Made by a program: the position numbers and the translations under genes. Of a DNA stretch of 64,000 nucleotides, positions 27,640-40,576 are shown one piece after another (within the stretch, counting starts at the first letter, position 1; each line of letters starts with the position of its first letter). The DNA lies in NCBI GenBank assembly GCA_028534125.1, contig CM052817.1, positions 93,560,001-93,624,000 on the forward strand, read 5' to 3'. Below the pieces are notes generated by a model. That model was not told the origin of the DNA and ran no database searches. It was given only the letters and a program-made list of their open reading frames with translations. This DNA is from Lama glama (lineage: Eukaryota).

Positions 27640-28092
27640 GTGTTAGATATTGGGTTCAGTTTCATCCCCTTCCTGTGTTCTGCTTCTTGTCAGAATTACT
27701 GGCCACAGAAGGCAAAAATCAGCTCCCTTGCTCTGCTGTTCTGGATACAATTTTGTTTCTGCCAAGGAGATGTCTCATCCTGAGAGCTGGAAAATAAATG
27801 CAAAGGAGACGGGAACACGGCGAGGGGCAGATGGGCTCCAGCACAGGTGGGTGTCAGCTGCAGCTGAGCACCACGTCCTTCCCTTGCTTGGTGGGTGTGG
27901 GAGCAGCAGATCCTGACCTCTGGAGCCTGGGGTGGTGCAAAAGCTTTGATGCCAGGAGTCATGTGGTGGCTCCCTGACATCCACTCCTCCAGCCTGTTAA
28001 AGATTTTGTAAGCACTTAATCCTCGTGTCAAATCCATTTTGCCTGAGGTACCTAGAGTTGTTTCTGTTTCTTGCACTGAACCCTCATGATAA
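27640..28092 (+). mobile_element. Ancient ERVL solo LTR (LTR41-like)
   Basis: 3' end TGTAAGCACTTAAT...TACCTAGAGTTGTTTCTGTTTCTTGCACTGAACCCT resembles the recalled LTR41 terminus. Confidence 0.6.
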
Positions 28093-28759
28093 AATGCCAC
28101 ATTATACAGGAAAAATAATGTCTGCTATGTAAGCTTTTCTGATGACACTGAAATTATGCTTACAAAGTGTAACCCCAAGGCTGGTGCCCCCATTCCATTG
28201 CTTTTGTCCTGTATCACTTCTATTCTTATCTTGTGCCAAACACAGGTCTGAGCATTGCTTCAAATTCTCTAAAAAATCTCTCTTTCGCTCTTACTCTCAT
28301 TCCCTCCACCCCCACTCTCACTGCTGCTCCAACAGCCCACTCCTCAGGTTAACCCCTTAGATGTTTCTGATTTCCAAGGCTGCCTGCAGTCATGCCCTCA
28401 CCTGCTGTTTTTATTCCTTGTCCCACCTTCAGTCTTTATCAGGCCTCCTCATTCCTCTAACACCTAAAGATCTTTTTGGAATGTCAGTTTTCTCTCTTCT
28501 CCATCAATGGAATAATTCTGCTGCCGCAGCTTCTACCTCCAAATTGAATAAGGAAATTCAACACAGTAATCAGTAAAACAAAAGGACAGATTAAGAATTT
28601 TGAAGATTTTTGTTGTTGTTGCTTTGGTTTTTAGTATGTGTCCAACGTCTTACTCTTTTCCTCAGGTGGCTTATATCCACATTTTTCTTCTAAGTATAAT
28701 TCTCTTCCTGGTCAGAGTTCTGTTACAAAAAATCACAGCAAAAACACTCTTCATTACAG

Positions 28760-29197
28760 CAGAAATGACTGGCTGATTATCCAACACGTGTTCTTTCCTT
28801 TCACGGTGCAGAGTTGTTGATGGGAAGCAGTGTCCAGATGGGGGAGACATTTCCTGGTCTTCTTTTATTTAGGTCCGCCTTATGACAAGTTTTTGGCCAA
28901 AGGGACGTAAGATGAAGTGATCTGTGGCTCAAGATGGTTCTGTACCTAGTGTGCCTTCCCTGTAGTTCAGAAGGAAACGGCTCCTTCGGAGATGAACTCC
29001 AAGGCCGGACGGTGAGGATGGAGGCATTCGAGCTGGAAGGAGACGGGATTCCAGACGACTGTGGAGCAGCGTCCTCACCCTCCGTGCCTGCCTACAGCAT
29101 CAGCGACATGAGCAAGCAGTAAACTTTTACTGTTGTAAGACACAAGGATTTTGGAGGCTATTTGCTGAGGCAGTTAGCCTCACCATAACTAGTTCAG
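28760..29197 (+). mobile_element. MaLR LTR (old MLT1)
   Basis: ATGACAAGTTTTTGGCCAAAGGGACGTAAG; ATGAGCAAGCAGTAAACTTTTACTGTTGTAAGACAC...GCAGTTAGCCT. Confidence 0.65.
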
Positions 29198-29929
29198 ATG
29201 CAACTGCTAATCTCAGCACCTAATTAACATACTGAGTATGTGCTTCTAGCCTTGACTAGCTAGCCTGTGTCAACACAAATCAAAATGATGTTACTAAAAA
29301 ACTCAGGAGAGAGATGACCAGATAAACGGATGGGTTGAGGAAAATACCATCTCTTGTCAAAATACTCTCTTCTTCGTAAATAAAATTTTAAACATTTTTT
29401 TCTACTAGAAGCCTCAGATTTTTCAATGCTAATATGTTATGTGAATCTACAATAAAGCAAATGCTGGTGAAACTCTTACTCCTCAGAGCGATGAATAGTA
29501 TCTTTTGAATCAGAACACGATTTGGAAAATAATGAGCTTCCAGCATTCATGCAGCACCTGGCCTGGCCCTGTTTAGTCAATGATTTAAATACAAACATAG
29601 ATGATAAGTTTCTTAAGTTTATAGGTAACACTAAGTCATCTGAAACTGAAAACATATTAAATGACTGAGTCACATTTCCCTAAGATTTTAAAAGAAATCA
29701 TGATGAGCAACTTAACCATTAACATTCTCATCCACGCTTTGGTTCCAATACTCAATACCATATGTATAAGCAAGGAAGCAATTTATACAGAAAAAAATGT
29801 ACACGTGTTAGTTCGCCAAAATTTTAATGAGCCGGTATTTGAGGCAGCTGCTGACATTAATGCAATATTAAACTATATTAATAAATGTGCAGTTTCCCCA
29901 TTCATGGGCTGTTAGTCTCATTTAAATCT

Positions 29930-30040
29930 CTCCAACATTACCTGGAGTATTTGGTTTGCTTCAGTGGGGCAGATTTTAGAGAAGAGCTTAAACATTAGAA
30001 TTTGTGACCAAGGAAAAGGATTAAGAATGAGAGGAATATA
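29930..30040 (+). mobile_element. Possible CR1/L3 LINE remnant
   Basis: ACCTGGAGTATTTGGTTTGCTTCAGTGGGGCAGATTTTAGAGAAG loosely matches the recalled L3 motif CTGGAGTACTGTGTTCAGTTCTGGGCACCACATTTTAAGAAG. Confidence 0.4.
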
Positions 30041-30169
30041 GGGATTATAATATATTTAATAGGTTCGCTTAGAGACTTTTCTTGCCTGGGGGGAATTTGT
30101 CATGACAAAACAAAACCAAGAAAAAAGCTATGAGATGCTTCTCCTGTGTCCAGCTCCTGAAGATCATGA

Positions 30170-30760
30170 TGGCCAACACCACTCACCACCAGGAGAGTCC
30201 CTGGCAGACCTCTCAGGCCGTTTTGTAGCAGAGCTTCTCTGGGGAGATGCCTACCTGCAAATAGAGCGTGGGTTTCCCACGAATTCCAGACGGCACGTGT
30301 CCAGCAGTTTCTTCCAACACCGCAACAACTTTTTCACCATCCTGTGACCATGGCTTTGCCCTCTCCAAGAAGACCTGGGTCTCAGGGTTGGAGGCAGGAG
30401 GGAGGAAACCCTCGCGGAGCACTCTGTCTCCGCCCTCCTAGAAGTGATTGCTTCTATTCTCATACGGTTCATTACTCGAATCCTCCCTTACAGTTGATAA
30501 TTTTTTTGTTTAGTTTTGGTTTTTTTGTTTGGTGGGGGAAATACTTAGGTTTATTTATGTACTTTTAAATTATTATTATTATTTATCATTATTTTTATTT
30601 TACTTATTTTTAGTGGAGGTATCCGGGATTGAACCCAGGACCCTGTGTATGCTAAGTGCACACTCTACCACTGAGCTATACCCTCCTCCCAGCTGATCAT
30701 TCTTTATATTAAACTTTCTCTATCCAAATTAATGTGTGGTTTCCATCTCCTGATTAGAAA
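30170..30760 (+). mobile_element. Ancient ERVL LTR remnant (LTR50-like), interrupted by a SINE
   Basis: ATTCTTTATATTAAACTTTTCTCTATCCAAATTAATGTGTGGTTTCCATCTCCTGATT resembles an ERVL LTR 3' end; 5' boundary uncertain. Confidence 0.5.
30503..30689 (-). mobile_element. tRNA-Ala-derived SINE (Vic-1-like), form with AAACCTAAG 3' segment
   Basis: Reverse complement GGGAGGAGGGTATAGCTCAGTGGTAGAGTGTGCACTTAGCATACACAGGGTCCTGGGTTCAATCCCGG; TSD CAG(T/C)TGAT(A/C)ATT at 30491-30502 and 30690-30701. Confidence 0.9.
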
Positions 30761-30779
30761 TAGGCCCTGGCTGTAAGAA

Positions 30780-31110
30780 CAATAATAATAAAAAAGATAC
30801 AAATGAACTTATCTATAAACCAAAAATTATTCACAGACATAGAAAACAAACTATGGTTACCAAAGGGGAAAGTAGGGGGAGGGATAAATTAGGAGTTTGG
30901 GATTAACAGATACACACTACTATATATAAAATAGATAAACAACAAGGTCCTACTGTATAGCACAGGGAACTATATTCAATATCTTGTAATAACCTATAAT
31001 GAAAATATGAAAAGGAAATATATATGTATGTATAACTGAATCACTATGCTGTGCACCAAAAACTAACACAGCATTGTAAATCAACTATACTTCAATTAAA
31101 AAAAGAAAAA
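30780..31110 (+). mobile_element. 5'-truncated L1 3' end (cetartiodactyl type)
   Basis: GATACAAATGAACTTAT…CACAGACATAGAAAACAAACTATGGTTACCAAAGGGG…TACTGTATAGCACAGGGAACTATATTCAA…A-tail. Confidence 0.92.
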
Positions 31111-32599
31111 TTTCCTTCCCCATTAGAGAAGACTATGGCACTAGTCCTCATAAAGTGAATAACTCATCTCATTTTTAGATATGAAAACTGTTTAAGGAGA
31201 AAAAGAAGCAGGTTCTTTGAATCTCATCTTTGACACAAAATTTAAATTTTTGTGAATCTTTAAATAATCTTCCTTGCCTTTACTTAATACATATGAAGCA
31301 ATTGCTTAGGGTGGTGTCTGAAACTTAATTCAGGACTATGGGGTTAAATATTGAATAGTTAGTTCTATGAAATACTTTTCCAGTCTTAGGATACACATTC
31401 TTCGTGGTTTCCAGGGCCACAGTTCTTTGACACTTGCTTTCTTAAATAACCAATTTCATATGAAGCTCATTTCCTTCTCATATTAGGAATACTGTAGACC
31501 AAAAAAGCCATTTTGCCAGATCAATAATAACTAGATTGTATTCTTCTAATACACATAACTCAGGAAGACTAGATAAGATGTTGCATATATCAATGAAAAC
31601 TCACTGGATGAATTAGCCTTCTACACAGTGTAAACACTAAATTTTCCTTGTTTAAAATGAACATCAATTGGTTTGTGTAATAAAGAAAAGTAGCAGATGC
31701 TCAGAGTAAGGGGAAAAATACATATTTACATACTCACACAGTATCTTTCTCACTACCATGGGTGGAAAAAAACTCTCTGGAAATACCAACTTCTTGGGTC
31801 TAAAAATTACATTAATGGGAATTGGAAGTCCATTTCTCAAAGTATTGATGCATGTGCACAATTTAAAATGCATCTTGTTTACACTTACAAATTAAAGTAT
31901 AAATACTCTTAAATCCCAACAGAAAACATTACATTATGGTTCTTCACATTTTCAACCTTTCTATTTCAATCACTACGTAAATGCTGTTTCCAATTAAGTT
32001 TAGTGGTGCAGTTTGTTCTCTGGTTTAACTCTGCTGTTACCATGCCACTTCTTTAGCTAACTGCAAATTTGGTAAATATGAGTGCTTCTATTTTCAAGTA
32101 AATGAATTTTATGCAAACTCATTTCCACTGTCACACGATTAATTCCCCTTTAGCATTATAATCTATTATATAGTGGATGATAAGCAGAAAATGAAATGGA
32201 ACTTTTGTTTCTGATGGAGCTAAAAACCATTAGTGAAACTTCAAGCTGTGCAGCTAAAAGGTCATTTTACTTCATTGTAATATAAGTGTTCTTTTTTCCT
32301 TAATCTTAGAATTCAATTGTAGAGTCAGCAGTAAAAAAAAAACAAAAAAACAATGATGCTCAGTAACGTTTTCTTTCCTTCATTGCAGGGCATTTTTTCC
32401 TCTTTAAGTCTTCAACTATTGCCCAAAGTCTACATCGCGTAGGTTTTTATGCGACCTTAGTTTATTTTTAACTTAAAATCTTGTCATATTATATGTTGTG
32501 TGAAACTACTGAAACACTTATGAAATATTTAAAAACGTATCTGTTCCATAAAAATGGAGTTTAAATCCGATGTTGCAAATGAGATGCCAGATGCGCAAA

Positions 32600-33720
32600 A
32601 TAACAGGCAACAAAGTAAGTGCAGAAGTGTCCACCAGGGGGAGCCTCAGAAAAGAGCTCCAAGAGCCCGTGGAATGGCTATGGTAGCCCCTATTCTACAG
32701 GAAGGTCTAAAACAGGGAAGTGGATTGTCGTGAAGCAAAGTCTGTATGGACGTTTTCTTTCGAGAAAGTTGTACCCTGTAATTAAAACCTGGTGAGCAGC
32801 TCTTCAAGGGGCTACTCGGAAAGTGTAATGCTTGACCACTGCAGGGTATACGTGTTGGGTGTGGGGGATAATAGGGGACTGGGGTCTGACTTCTTGTTGA
32901 AAAAATCTACAAAGTGAGCAATGGAATGACTAGCCAGAGTGTTACTGATGTGTTGGAATCAACCTAGTCCTCAAAGTTCATCAGAACAAATTGTGGGAGT
33001 TTTCTGTGGATGAGATGTGGTGAAACCCACGGGAGGGCTAGCTGGCCTAGAGGGGCTTGTACTTCTCCTCAAGGGGAACGAGAATGGAAAGAGGCCATGT
33101 CGAGGGGCCCACCACAAAACCGCAGGCAGGGTGGGCTGACCCTGCTGGCCAGATGGAACCCCTTCCCCAAGTCACAGGCATTGCTATCCTAGGGAAAGTT
33201 TCAAAGAAACCACGGAAGCGTCCGTGAAAGAAAAATTCTTTTAACCAGCCCTGTGAGGACACGAAAGAACAAAGCAAGTTGTGATGTTATCACTCAAGAA
33301 AGAATACTCTCCATGCCCTCAAACTCCCTCCTTCTCACCCTGTTTTGACATTGATAGGGTTGGAAGCCACAGCCCCAAAGAGGGAAGGAGGGAGGGAGAG
33401 GCCAGGGTGCAGACAGAAGGCGCTGATCAATTCCTGCAGGCAGGTGACCCATCAAAACTGTGCCTCAGCTGGAGGAGGGGACCAAATAAAGACTGAGTGT
33501 GGACGAATATATTGGACTAGACAGCCTATTTTCTGAATCGAGACTGTATTTTTTGTGTAAAGTGACCCTAGGACTTCCTATTATCCAAGAGTAATGAACT
33601 TGTTGAAGTTTCCATCCAGTAATGGGGGAAAAACTGCTACTGAATCTATTTTACACAGACACTGAACAACAAAATCAAGTGGATTTTATGGTTATATTTT
33701 GAGAGTTGTACTTTTTCAGT
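32600..33720 (+). mobile_element. Probable ancient Gypsy-like solo LTR (MamGypLTR/LTR8x group)
   Basis: ~1.1 kb G-rich block opening with CCACCAGGGGGAGCC and containing ATATTGGACTAGAC…TGAATCGAGACTGT and GGACTTCCTATTATCCAAGAG, which resemble my recollection of mammalian Gypsy LTRs; unverified. Confidence 0.45.
32628..32646 (+). promoter_or_regulatory. Strong CTCF core motif
   Basis: TGTCCACCAGGGGGAGCC versus consensus TGGCCACCAGGGGGCGC. Confidence 0.65.
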
Positions 33721-33934
33721 TACATTTATTTTTTATGCAATTCCATAATTTGAATCTGAGGGACTACTTTTATAGGTATGTAGAAAAAAATTAGTATATA
33801 TAAATACGTCTATATTAATGCCCAAAGAGTTACAGGCATACAGTATTAGAATACAATGTATTGAGGAAACACCACCTATAAAAGGTGAAGATCTGATGAA
33901 TTTACAGTGCAAGAGTTCTATGCTTAATGATAAT

Positions 33935-34200
33935 AATCATAACGATAATAGCTAATACATGCTAATAAGCACTTATGTTGTGCCAAACATCGTCCTGAAG
34001 GCTTTACAGTGGGAACTTGTATAAGTGATCTCATCAGCCCTATGAGATAGGTAATGCTACTGTCCCCACTGTCTCTTCTCTAAAGAGAAGGTAACCAAGG
34101 TCCAAAGAAGGCAATTGAGTAACTCAGTCAAGATCACTAAGTAAGTCCTAAGTGACAGAGACAGATGCAGAGATGAAACTCAACCAATCTCAGTAACCAA
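33935..34200 (-). mobile_element. MIR SINE remnant
   Basis: AGCACTTATGTTGTGCCAAAC…CAGCCCTATGAGATAGGTAATGCTACTGTCCCCA…GAGTAACTCAGTCAAGATCAC. Confidence 0.75.
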
Positions 34201-37200
34201 AGAGATACAGAGGCAAAGAAGATACCATAGAACCCCGGCTCTGAGTGCAAGGCAAGCTCCTATGCGGACAATTTCGTATCCATCTCTAATTCTCGGAAAG
34301 CCTCCTTTACCCTCAATTACATTCATTTTCACATACCACTTTATCCTGCCTGTGCAAAGAGCAAGAGATGTTAGATCTAATACAGATACAAAAATGGTCT
34401 GTCATTCAAATAACTGGAGATGTGAAATTCAGGGGAAAAAATGATTGAGACATTCATTTTCCAGGCTCTATTTCATTTAATCTGGAAATGTTTATTTGAT
34501 AGAGTAAAATACCCAGGCTAGAGTACTTTTGACCAGAGCGTATGTCCTAAAAATGAGACACTTAGGAGCCTGAAGTGACACAGTAAAGGCTGTTCCTCCT
34601 AGTATGCCAGTTACGACTTGGGGCAATTATAATGTCACGCTGCCACAGCGATGTTAAAGGAATCAAAACGGACAGTGGAAGTGGAAGTGCTGAAAAGCTA
34701 TTCAGTAATGTATCTGTAATCTATTATTGATAAGTCAGAACACGGGAATCCTCAAATAACGTTTTAAAGTAGAGTCTTCATATTATGTCCTTTTATTAAT
34801 TCCAAAAAAAGAAAAGGCCACACCACTCAACAGCAATGGAACTTAAGCACATGGAAAAAAGCAGTCTAAGGAAAAGCTGAATTCCCAACACATTTAACTT
34901 TCCAGTTTATAAAAGTTATCCCTGCTTTTTGAATATTAAAATGCTGTAGATAAATATAAAGAGTACAGAAATCACCTATAATTTCACCATCCAGGTGCAA
35001 ATACTATTAATATAGCTCATGTTCTTTATCAGAATTAAAATCATATTATAAATCATTTTGCCTAGACTATTTTGGTTAACTGAAGATTTTGAGCATTTGT
35101 TTCATTCAAGATTCTTTCAAGTCATACATCTGACTCTGTGTATTTCCCATTGTATAGCAACACACGTGCTCCTTACTCCTTCTCCCCGATTCCATTGCTT
35201 TTTGTACTTTTTGTATATTTTTACCAAGGCAACCGGGACAGCAAATAAGCCCTCAAAAAGCTGAGCAGTTACTTTCGGCAAATTCAGAGAACTTATCTCA
35301 AATCAGTATTTTACATGCACATAGTATTTCTGGAGTCTCAGAAGTCTTTGAGGATGCTAGCAGACCCTTTTCCAAACAAGCCTTCTGACTAAACAGTGCA
35401 TCTCTCTAATCCTTCCACCAAGCTCTGGGGAGCTTTCACATGGGCTGAAGGACCCTTCACCATCTGAGCCCCCACGTCCTTGCAGGATGGCTGGGCAATC
35501 ATTACACATTCACTACTCACGAGTGGCCCCAACACTTTGCACTGATTGTCTGCAACCCAATTAGCAACTCTTGGCAAAGGAAAAGTGATCTTCCCCACGT
35601 AGCTCACTAGCAAATCAGAGGACCAAAGAGCCAAATGGGCCATCAAGGGTCACCGAGTTCATATCCCATTTTATATCTCAGGAAAGCAAAGACTATGAAG
35701 ATTAAGTGACTCGGCTGGAGTCACACAGTGTGGTGAGAGAGGGCCATACCCTGGCTGGCAGAAAAATGCTGCTTTTACCTTTTTTCCCCTGAAGGAAATA
35801 TCCCATCTCCAGTTATTTACATTGAAATAATGCCTCCCCACTTTCTATTGTATCGTATTTCCTTATCCATGGAGAACAAATTTGGAGACCAACTTAGAAT
35901 CTGATATATTACATTTGGTCTCTTCTGGAGACTAAACTATTATGAGAACCTATAAAAGAAAATCACTGGTTCTGTAACACTCAGGTAGCAACAACACAAA
36001 TTCAGGCATTAATCACCACCACATTTTACTCGAGAGCCTGCATGCTTAAAGATTGAGAAAAAAGCTAATACGTCTCCAACGATTTTGGATATAAGCTAAG
36101 GATTGTTATTAGCACAGGCCACAGTTGAGGGGGAAATAGGCTATGACTGTGATCAGTGATAAGTTTGGAGAGCAGCCCAAAGGAGCAGCTTTGAAAGCTA
36201 AACACATCTCTCAAGCTCCTCCCCAAGGGCTGCAGAGCCATCTCCTTGGAATACTTAAATAGTGGAAGAACCAAGATGCTCATACCGGTCACTACAGAGC
36301 AACGTTTCCAGCACTGAGAGACTCATGGACTGATGACAAATGAGTAAGATTTTAAGTAGTGATCTGAGCATTTTAAAGCTTTTCTGTCAGGAATGGAACA
36401 ATAGCCCATGCATTTCAAAGAATGTCAATGACCAAATAGAAAATGTGAAAAAATATCATCAAAAGAAAAATCTACTTTCTGAAATATAAGTGATAAGATC
36501 AATACATAAATTAGTAGGAGAAATGGCCGCTGACCCTGTCTTACAGAAGAACAATGACACAAGATTAATGTGTTAAAACTGAAAATACATATTAATAGGA
36601 AAGCAAACCTGATTGCCTTCATAACAATCCATCTAAGGTATTTAATTTGTAAAACAGTGCTGCTATTGTTAAACACTTTAGTATGAAACCGTTACCTTGA
36701 TCAAAGCCTTTACAAATACATTAAGCTGCACTCTACAGAACCTTAAAAATTTTAGTCATTCTAGACTATATATTCAGTGTAACTGAGGGCTTACCTTTCT
36801 AAGGACCAAATACGATAGACGCTTTTTTCATTTAACATTCTGACAGAAAATCATTCCAAAATGTATTAAACTTTATGAGGCCTTCCTTAAAAGTCCGTTG
36901 GGCATAATGTCCTTTTCCTTGATGACCTAGAGTCATTATTGTGAATATTAATTGTCACACTGCACTGTAATAAAATTATGTCCGGGAGGCCCTCAGAAAT
37001 GCATACTTTCTATGGCCCTTAGAATGACAGAATGTCAGCGTTAAACAGGATTGGAGAGCTTGTCCAGATTTCTCAATTACAGATGAGGACACTGATGACA
37101 AGAGAGGAGTGACGTGCTGTGAGGAAGGGGACATAAACAGTCACCTGCTCCAGGTCTCCCAACTGCTCCTCCAGGGTCCCTTCAGCTGCCTCACACTGGA

Positions 37201-37637
37201 CACCGCCACCTGTGCTTTTCATTACGTCTTCTGTCTGTTTTTTTTTTTTTTTAATACCTTCTCCCTCTCCTTTTCGTTGGCTCTGCGCTCCCCTCCTAAG
37301 GGTTGCTGGGGATGCGTCTCCTCCGGCCCCTGGCCGTGCGCTCCGATGGTGACTGGTGCAGTTCTGATGCACAGCGAAGGATGGGGAGCCCTTGGTCACC
37401 AGAGAGTGATGGGCGTAAGTCAGGCTCTGGGGAGTGCTCAGATAAAATTTAGGAGACTGATCTAAAATTTAGAGGGTACACTAACCTGGACCTCAATCAA
37501 GGGGTCTAACCAAATGTTGGATTCTAAGGTCCAGAGCCAAAGTGGGGAGGAGGTGCAGGAAGCAATGCCAGAAGCTGGTACAGGAAGGAGCAAGCCGCGG
37601 GAGGCAGTCCAGCCGAGCCCGAATGACAAGGATGCCT

Positions 37638-37676
37638 GTGCTGCTGCTGCTGTTGTTGTGGTTGTGGTTGTTGTTT
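37638..37676. repeat. (GCT)n/(GTT)n compound microsatellite
   Basis: Direct observation. Confidence 0.85.
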
Positions 37677-38665
37677 TAATCCCCATTCCAGGGTGATAAT
37701 ATTTTGAAAGTAAATACAGTGGGAGGGAGGGAGGGAGCCAGCTTCCTTTTACAGCCCCTCAACCAGTTAGAATTTGAACCCGTCTTAGAAGAGCACTCAT
37801 GCATTGGATGGTGAGATACGGGTGTCCCAGAGATCCCGGCGAGTCAGCCTGACTGTCTTCAGGAGGCAGAACAGCCACTGCATCAGACACGGGCCTGTGG
37901 CAATTCACAGCTCTTTTTGTTTATTCCCTGGTAACAGCTTTTCCTGGCTTTGTCCCAGAGCCTGCGAGGGTTCAGAGCAATTAAATTCCAGGTAGGTGAG
38001 GTGCTCCCTTCTGCTTTGGTTCCCATGCCAATAAGCAGGTAAGGCCACAGCCCAGTGGAGTAAGTAGAGAGGGAGATGGCATTTTAAAAGCCAGCTGCGC
38101 TGGAGCCTGGCAGAATGGTGAATTCTCACTTTCTGAAAGAATCGCCCTTTTGTCTTTGATGCGATGACTGAGAAGCTCCCGGGGGGCAAATGACTTGTCC
38201 AGGTTAATACAACGGCAAGGCCATTGCCTGTGACTAAAACCATCACGTGTGAGAGCCACGCGCTCCCAGTGGTGGTAACACGCCAGGTTGTTATGCCCTC
38301 AGAGGGGAAGCGCCCACCCTGCTCCGCCCGGTGGGCAGATGAGAGTCTGATGTACTTTCTTCCTTCCTGTTTTCTATCGTGGTCAAAGGGAGGTGTGCTT
38401 TGCTGCAGAGTCTGGAAGACAAATTGCTGTTCTCTGTAGGAACAGACAGCATGAGTCCTGCTGAGTGGTATATAATTAAGGTCTGTGAACTCAAAATGAG
38501 CAAACCAGGATGTTAGTAATCTTGGTAGAAGAGTGGCTCATGGGGACTGCCACACTTCATTCTTCATTTGAATCCCTTCAAGGTGGGAGAGTTAAACTTC
38601 TCTGAGATGAAGGAACGTACCCAGAATAAAGTTCTTTTCAAGATTGTCTCCCCTACCTCTTGATC

Positions 38666-38735
38666 TCTCTACTATGAAAAAAATGCATATATATGTATAT
38701 ATATACATATATATGAATTTTTTTTATAGCTGAGA
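38666..38735. repeat. 70-bp near-perfect palindrome centred on interrupted (TA)n
   Basis: Perfect 30-bp palindrome 38686-38715; 31 of 35 pairs match across 38666-38735. Confidence 0.9.
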
Positions 38736-38919
38736 AACAAGGTTTTCCTCTCATCTCTTGTGCTTTGAAGTATTTATTCAATCCAGACAATGACTGGGGC
38801 CCTACAACATATTAGATGGCCAAGCACTTCAAAGCCACATATGAAGACAACGTGGATTCTTGCTTTCCCAAAAGCCCAGAGTCCAGCTGGAGAGACAGAG
38901 AGGTAAGTAAGTCACATAG

Positions 38920-39095
38920 GTACTTACCTGGCTGTGTCATTATGACTGAAACACTTCAATTCCATAATCCCAGTCTCTTCAAGTGTAAAATGACAATACT
39001 AATACTTAACTTGTCAACAGTGTTACAAACACGAAAGAATCAATGGATATAGTCACTGAATAGTCGGCTTGGCACATATTAGGGACCTAATACCA
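38920..39095 (+). mobile_element. MIR SINE remnant
   Basis: ACTTACCTGGCTGTGTC…CAGTCTCTTCAAGTGTAAAATGACAATACTAATAC…TTGGCACATATTAGG. Confidence 0.65.
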
Positions 39096-40234
39096 GCCAG
39101 TAAGTGACAACACAGATGCGTAAGTACTCTCTCCAAGAAATGATAACGAGTCAGAAACACAAAGGAAAGAGGAGGCTACTCTTCCCACAGGGGGACATTT
39201 GTTGCTTTACGACTGCCTGGCAAGCGCACATCCTTTCTTTGGCAACAAGGTCCAGTTTCCTTGGACAACCCCCCTGTTCCCCAGGCTCAGCCCGCGTGTT
39301 TCTGAAGCAGTCCGCACCATTTCTGGTTACACGGCTTGGCAAGCAGCCTTTTGCAAGCTTCAGCAGAGTCTAGGTTACAAAGGAAGCCTAAACGCTGAAT
39401 TACAGTGCACTAAACACTGGGAAGAATTAGTAGGGTATTTTCCTTTTGTAATTTCCTTTCTGAGGACGCACAGAAGTAGGCGGGAGGCTGGACTCCAGCT
39501 GTAAAAATGTCCAAGGGGGTTTTTAAGGCAAGGATTGACTTAATCGTCTACCATTAAATTGTTTGCATTTAAATGACGTAAGTCCCTTCTGTCTCCTCAA
39601 ACCTGTTATCGTGTGTCCTACACCCGAAACAAAAAGGTCTTGTGTACTTCTGCTTGTTTGTTTTCCTGGAAAAGAAGGCAAGTGCCAAGCTCTGTGCTGA
39701 CACAGAGTGGAAGGTGAGCAGGCAAGGATGGGCACGCTGATCTGCAAACTAAACCAACCCAGCTGCAGTAGAAGCTGGGCGTGGCCTATGGCCAAGAGAA
39801 TGTCAATCACATGTAGCAACCTTCAAAATGTCAGATGGCAAGAAGGCAGAGGATAAGACACGGAGTAGTGGTTCGAGCCAACTTTATCTACTTTGAAGGG
39901 AAGGGACACCCTAGCTGATGTGGGATTTTATTTTAAGTTCTATTCAGGTTCATTTGAACACTAATGCCACAGACACTTTGAGTTCCTAGTTTCGATCCCT
40001 GCCCTGGTTCTGTACCAGAAGCATATGACAGCCAAACCATGGGGTGCCTGTTTCGGAGGAGAAGCAGTAACTTAGCATCAACCAATCAGAGCACAGTATT
40101 TCTACCTCAAAGTCACAGGAAAGCTGTGGCCAGCATTCTAAAAGCACTCTTACAGGGTTTGAGTAAGGAAGCTCTGTGAGACTGAGTGCATGTGGCAGAA
40201 AAGCAAGCCCACGCCACGTTATATGGACCCTCAG

Positions 40235-40401
40235 GAGCACGCTGCTTAAGTTCTGATGTGCATGTGAGCCACCTGGGAATGCTGTCAAGCCGCAGACTCT
40301 GAATCGGAGGTCTGAGGGAGAACCTGAGGCTCCACATTTGGAATCAGCTCCCAGATGCTGCTGGGGCTGGTGGTCTGGGGTCCATACTTGGGGCAGCAAG
40401 G
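40235..40401. mobile_element. MER5-family hAT-Charlie element
   Basis: GTGCATGTGAGCCACCTGGGAATGCTGTCAA…GCAGACTCTGAATC…AGCTCCCAGATGCTGCTG…CCATACTTGGGGCAGCAAGG. Confidence 0.75.
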
Positions 40402-40576
40402 AAATAAAATATTTCCCTCAGGAAATAATAAACAGTAGAGGACCCCAATGTCGATTAAATAAATTAATATCATCACGTGATGTCTCTATTTGCATGTCTG
40501 GAAGTTAGGCCACATGCAATAGATCTACAACTAAGTTCAAGACTGCTGCCTCCATCTTCCCTTACCAAAAACATCT

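Noticed and set aside
29478..29569. Possible minus-strand exon (AG…GTAAG boundaries, open frame GQARCCMNAGSS…)
   Set aside because: Weak polypyrimidine tract, unrecognised peptide and no partner exons; cannot be supported without transcript or conservation data.
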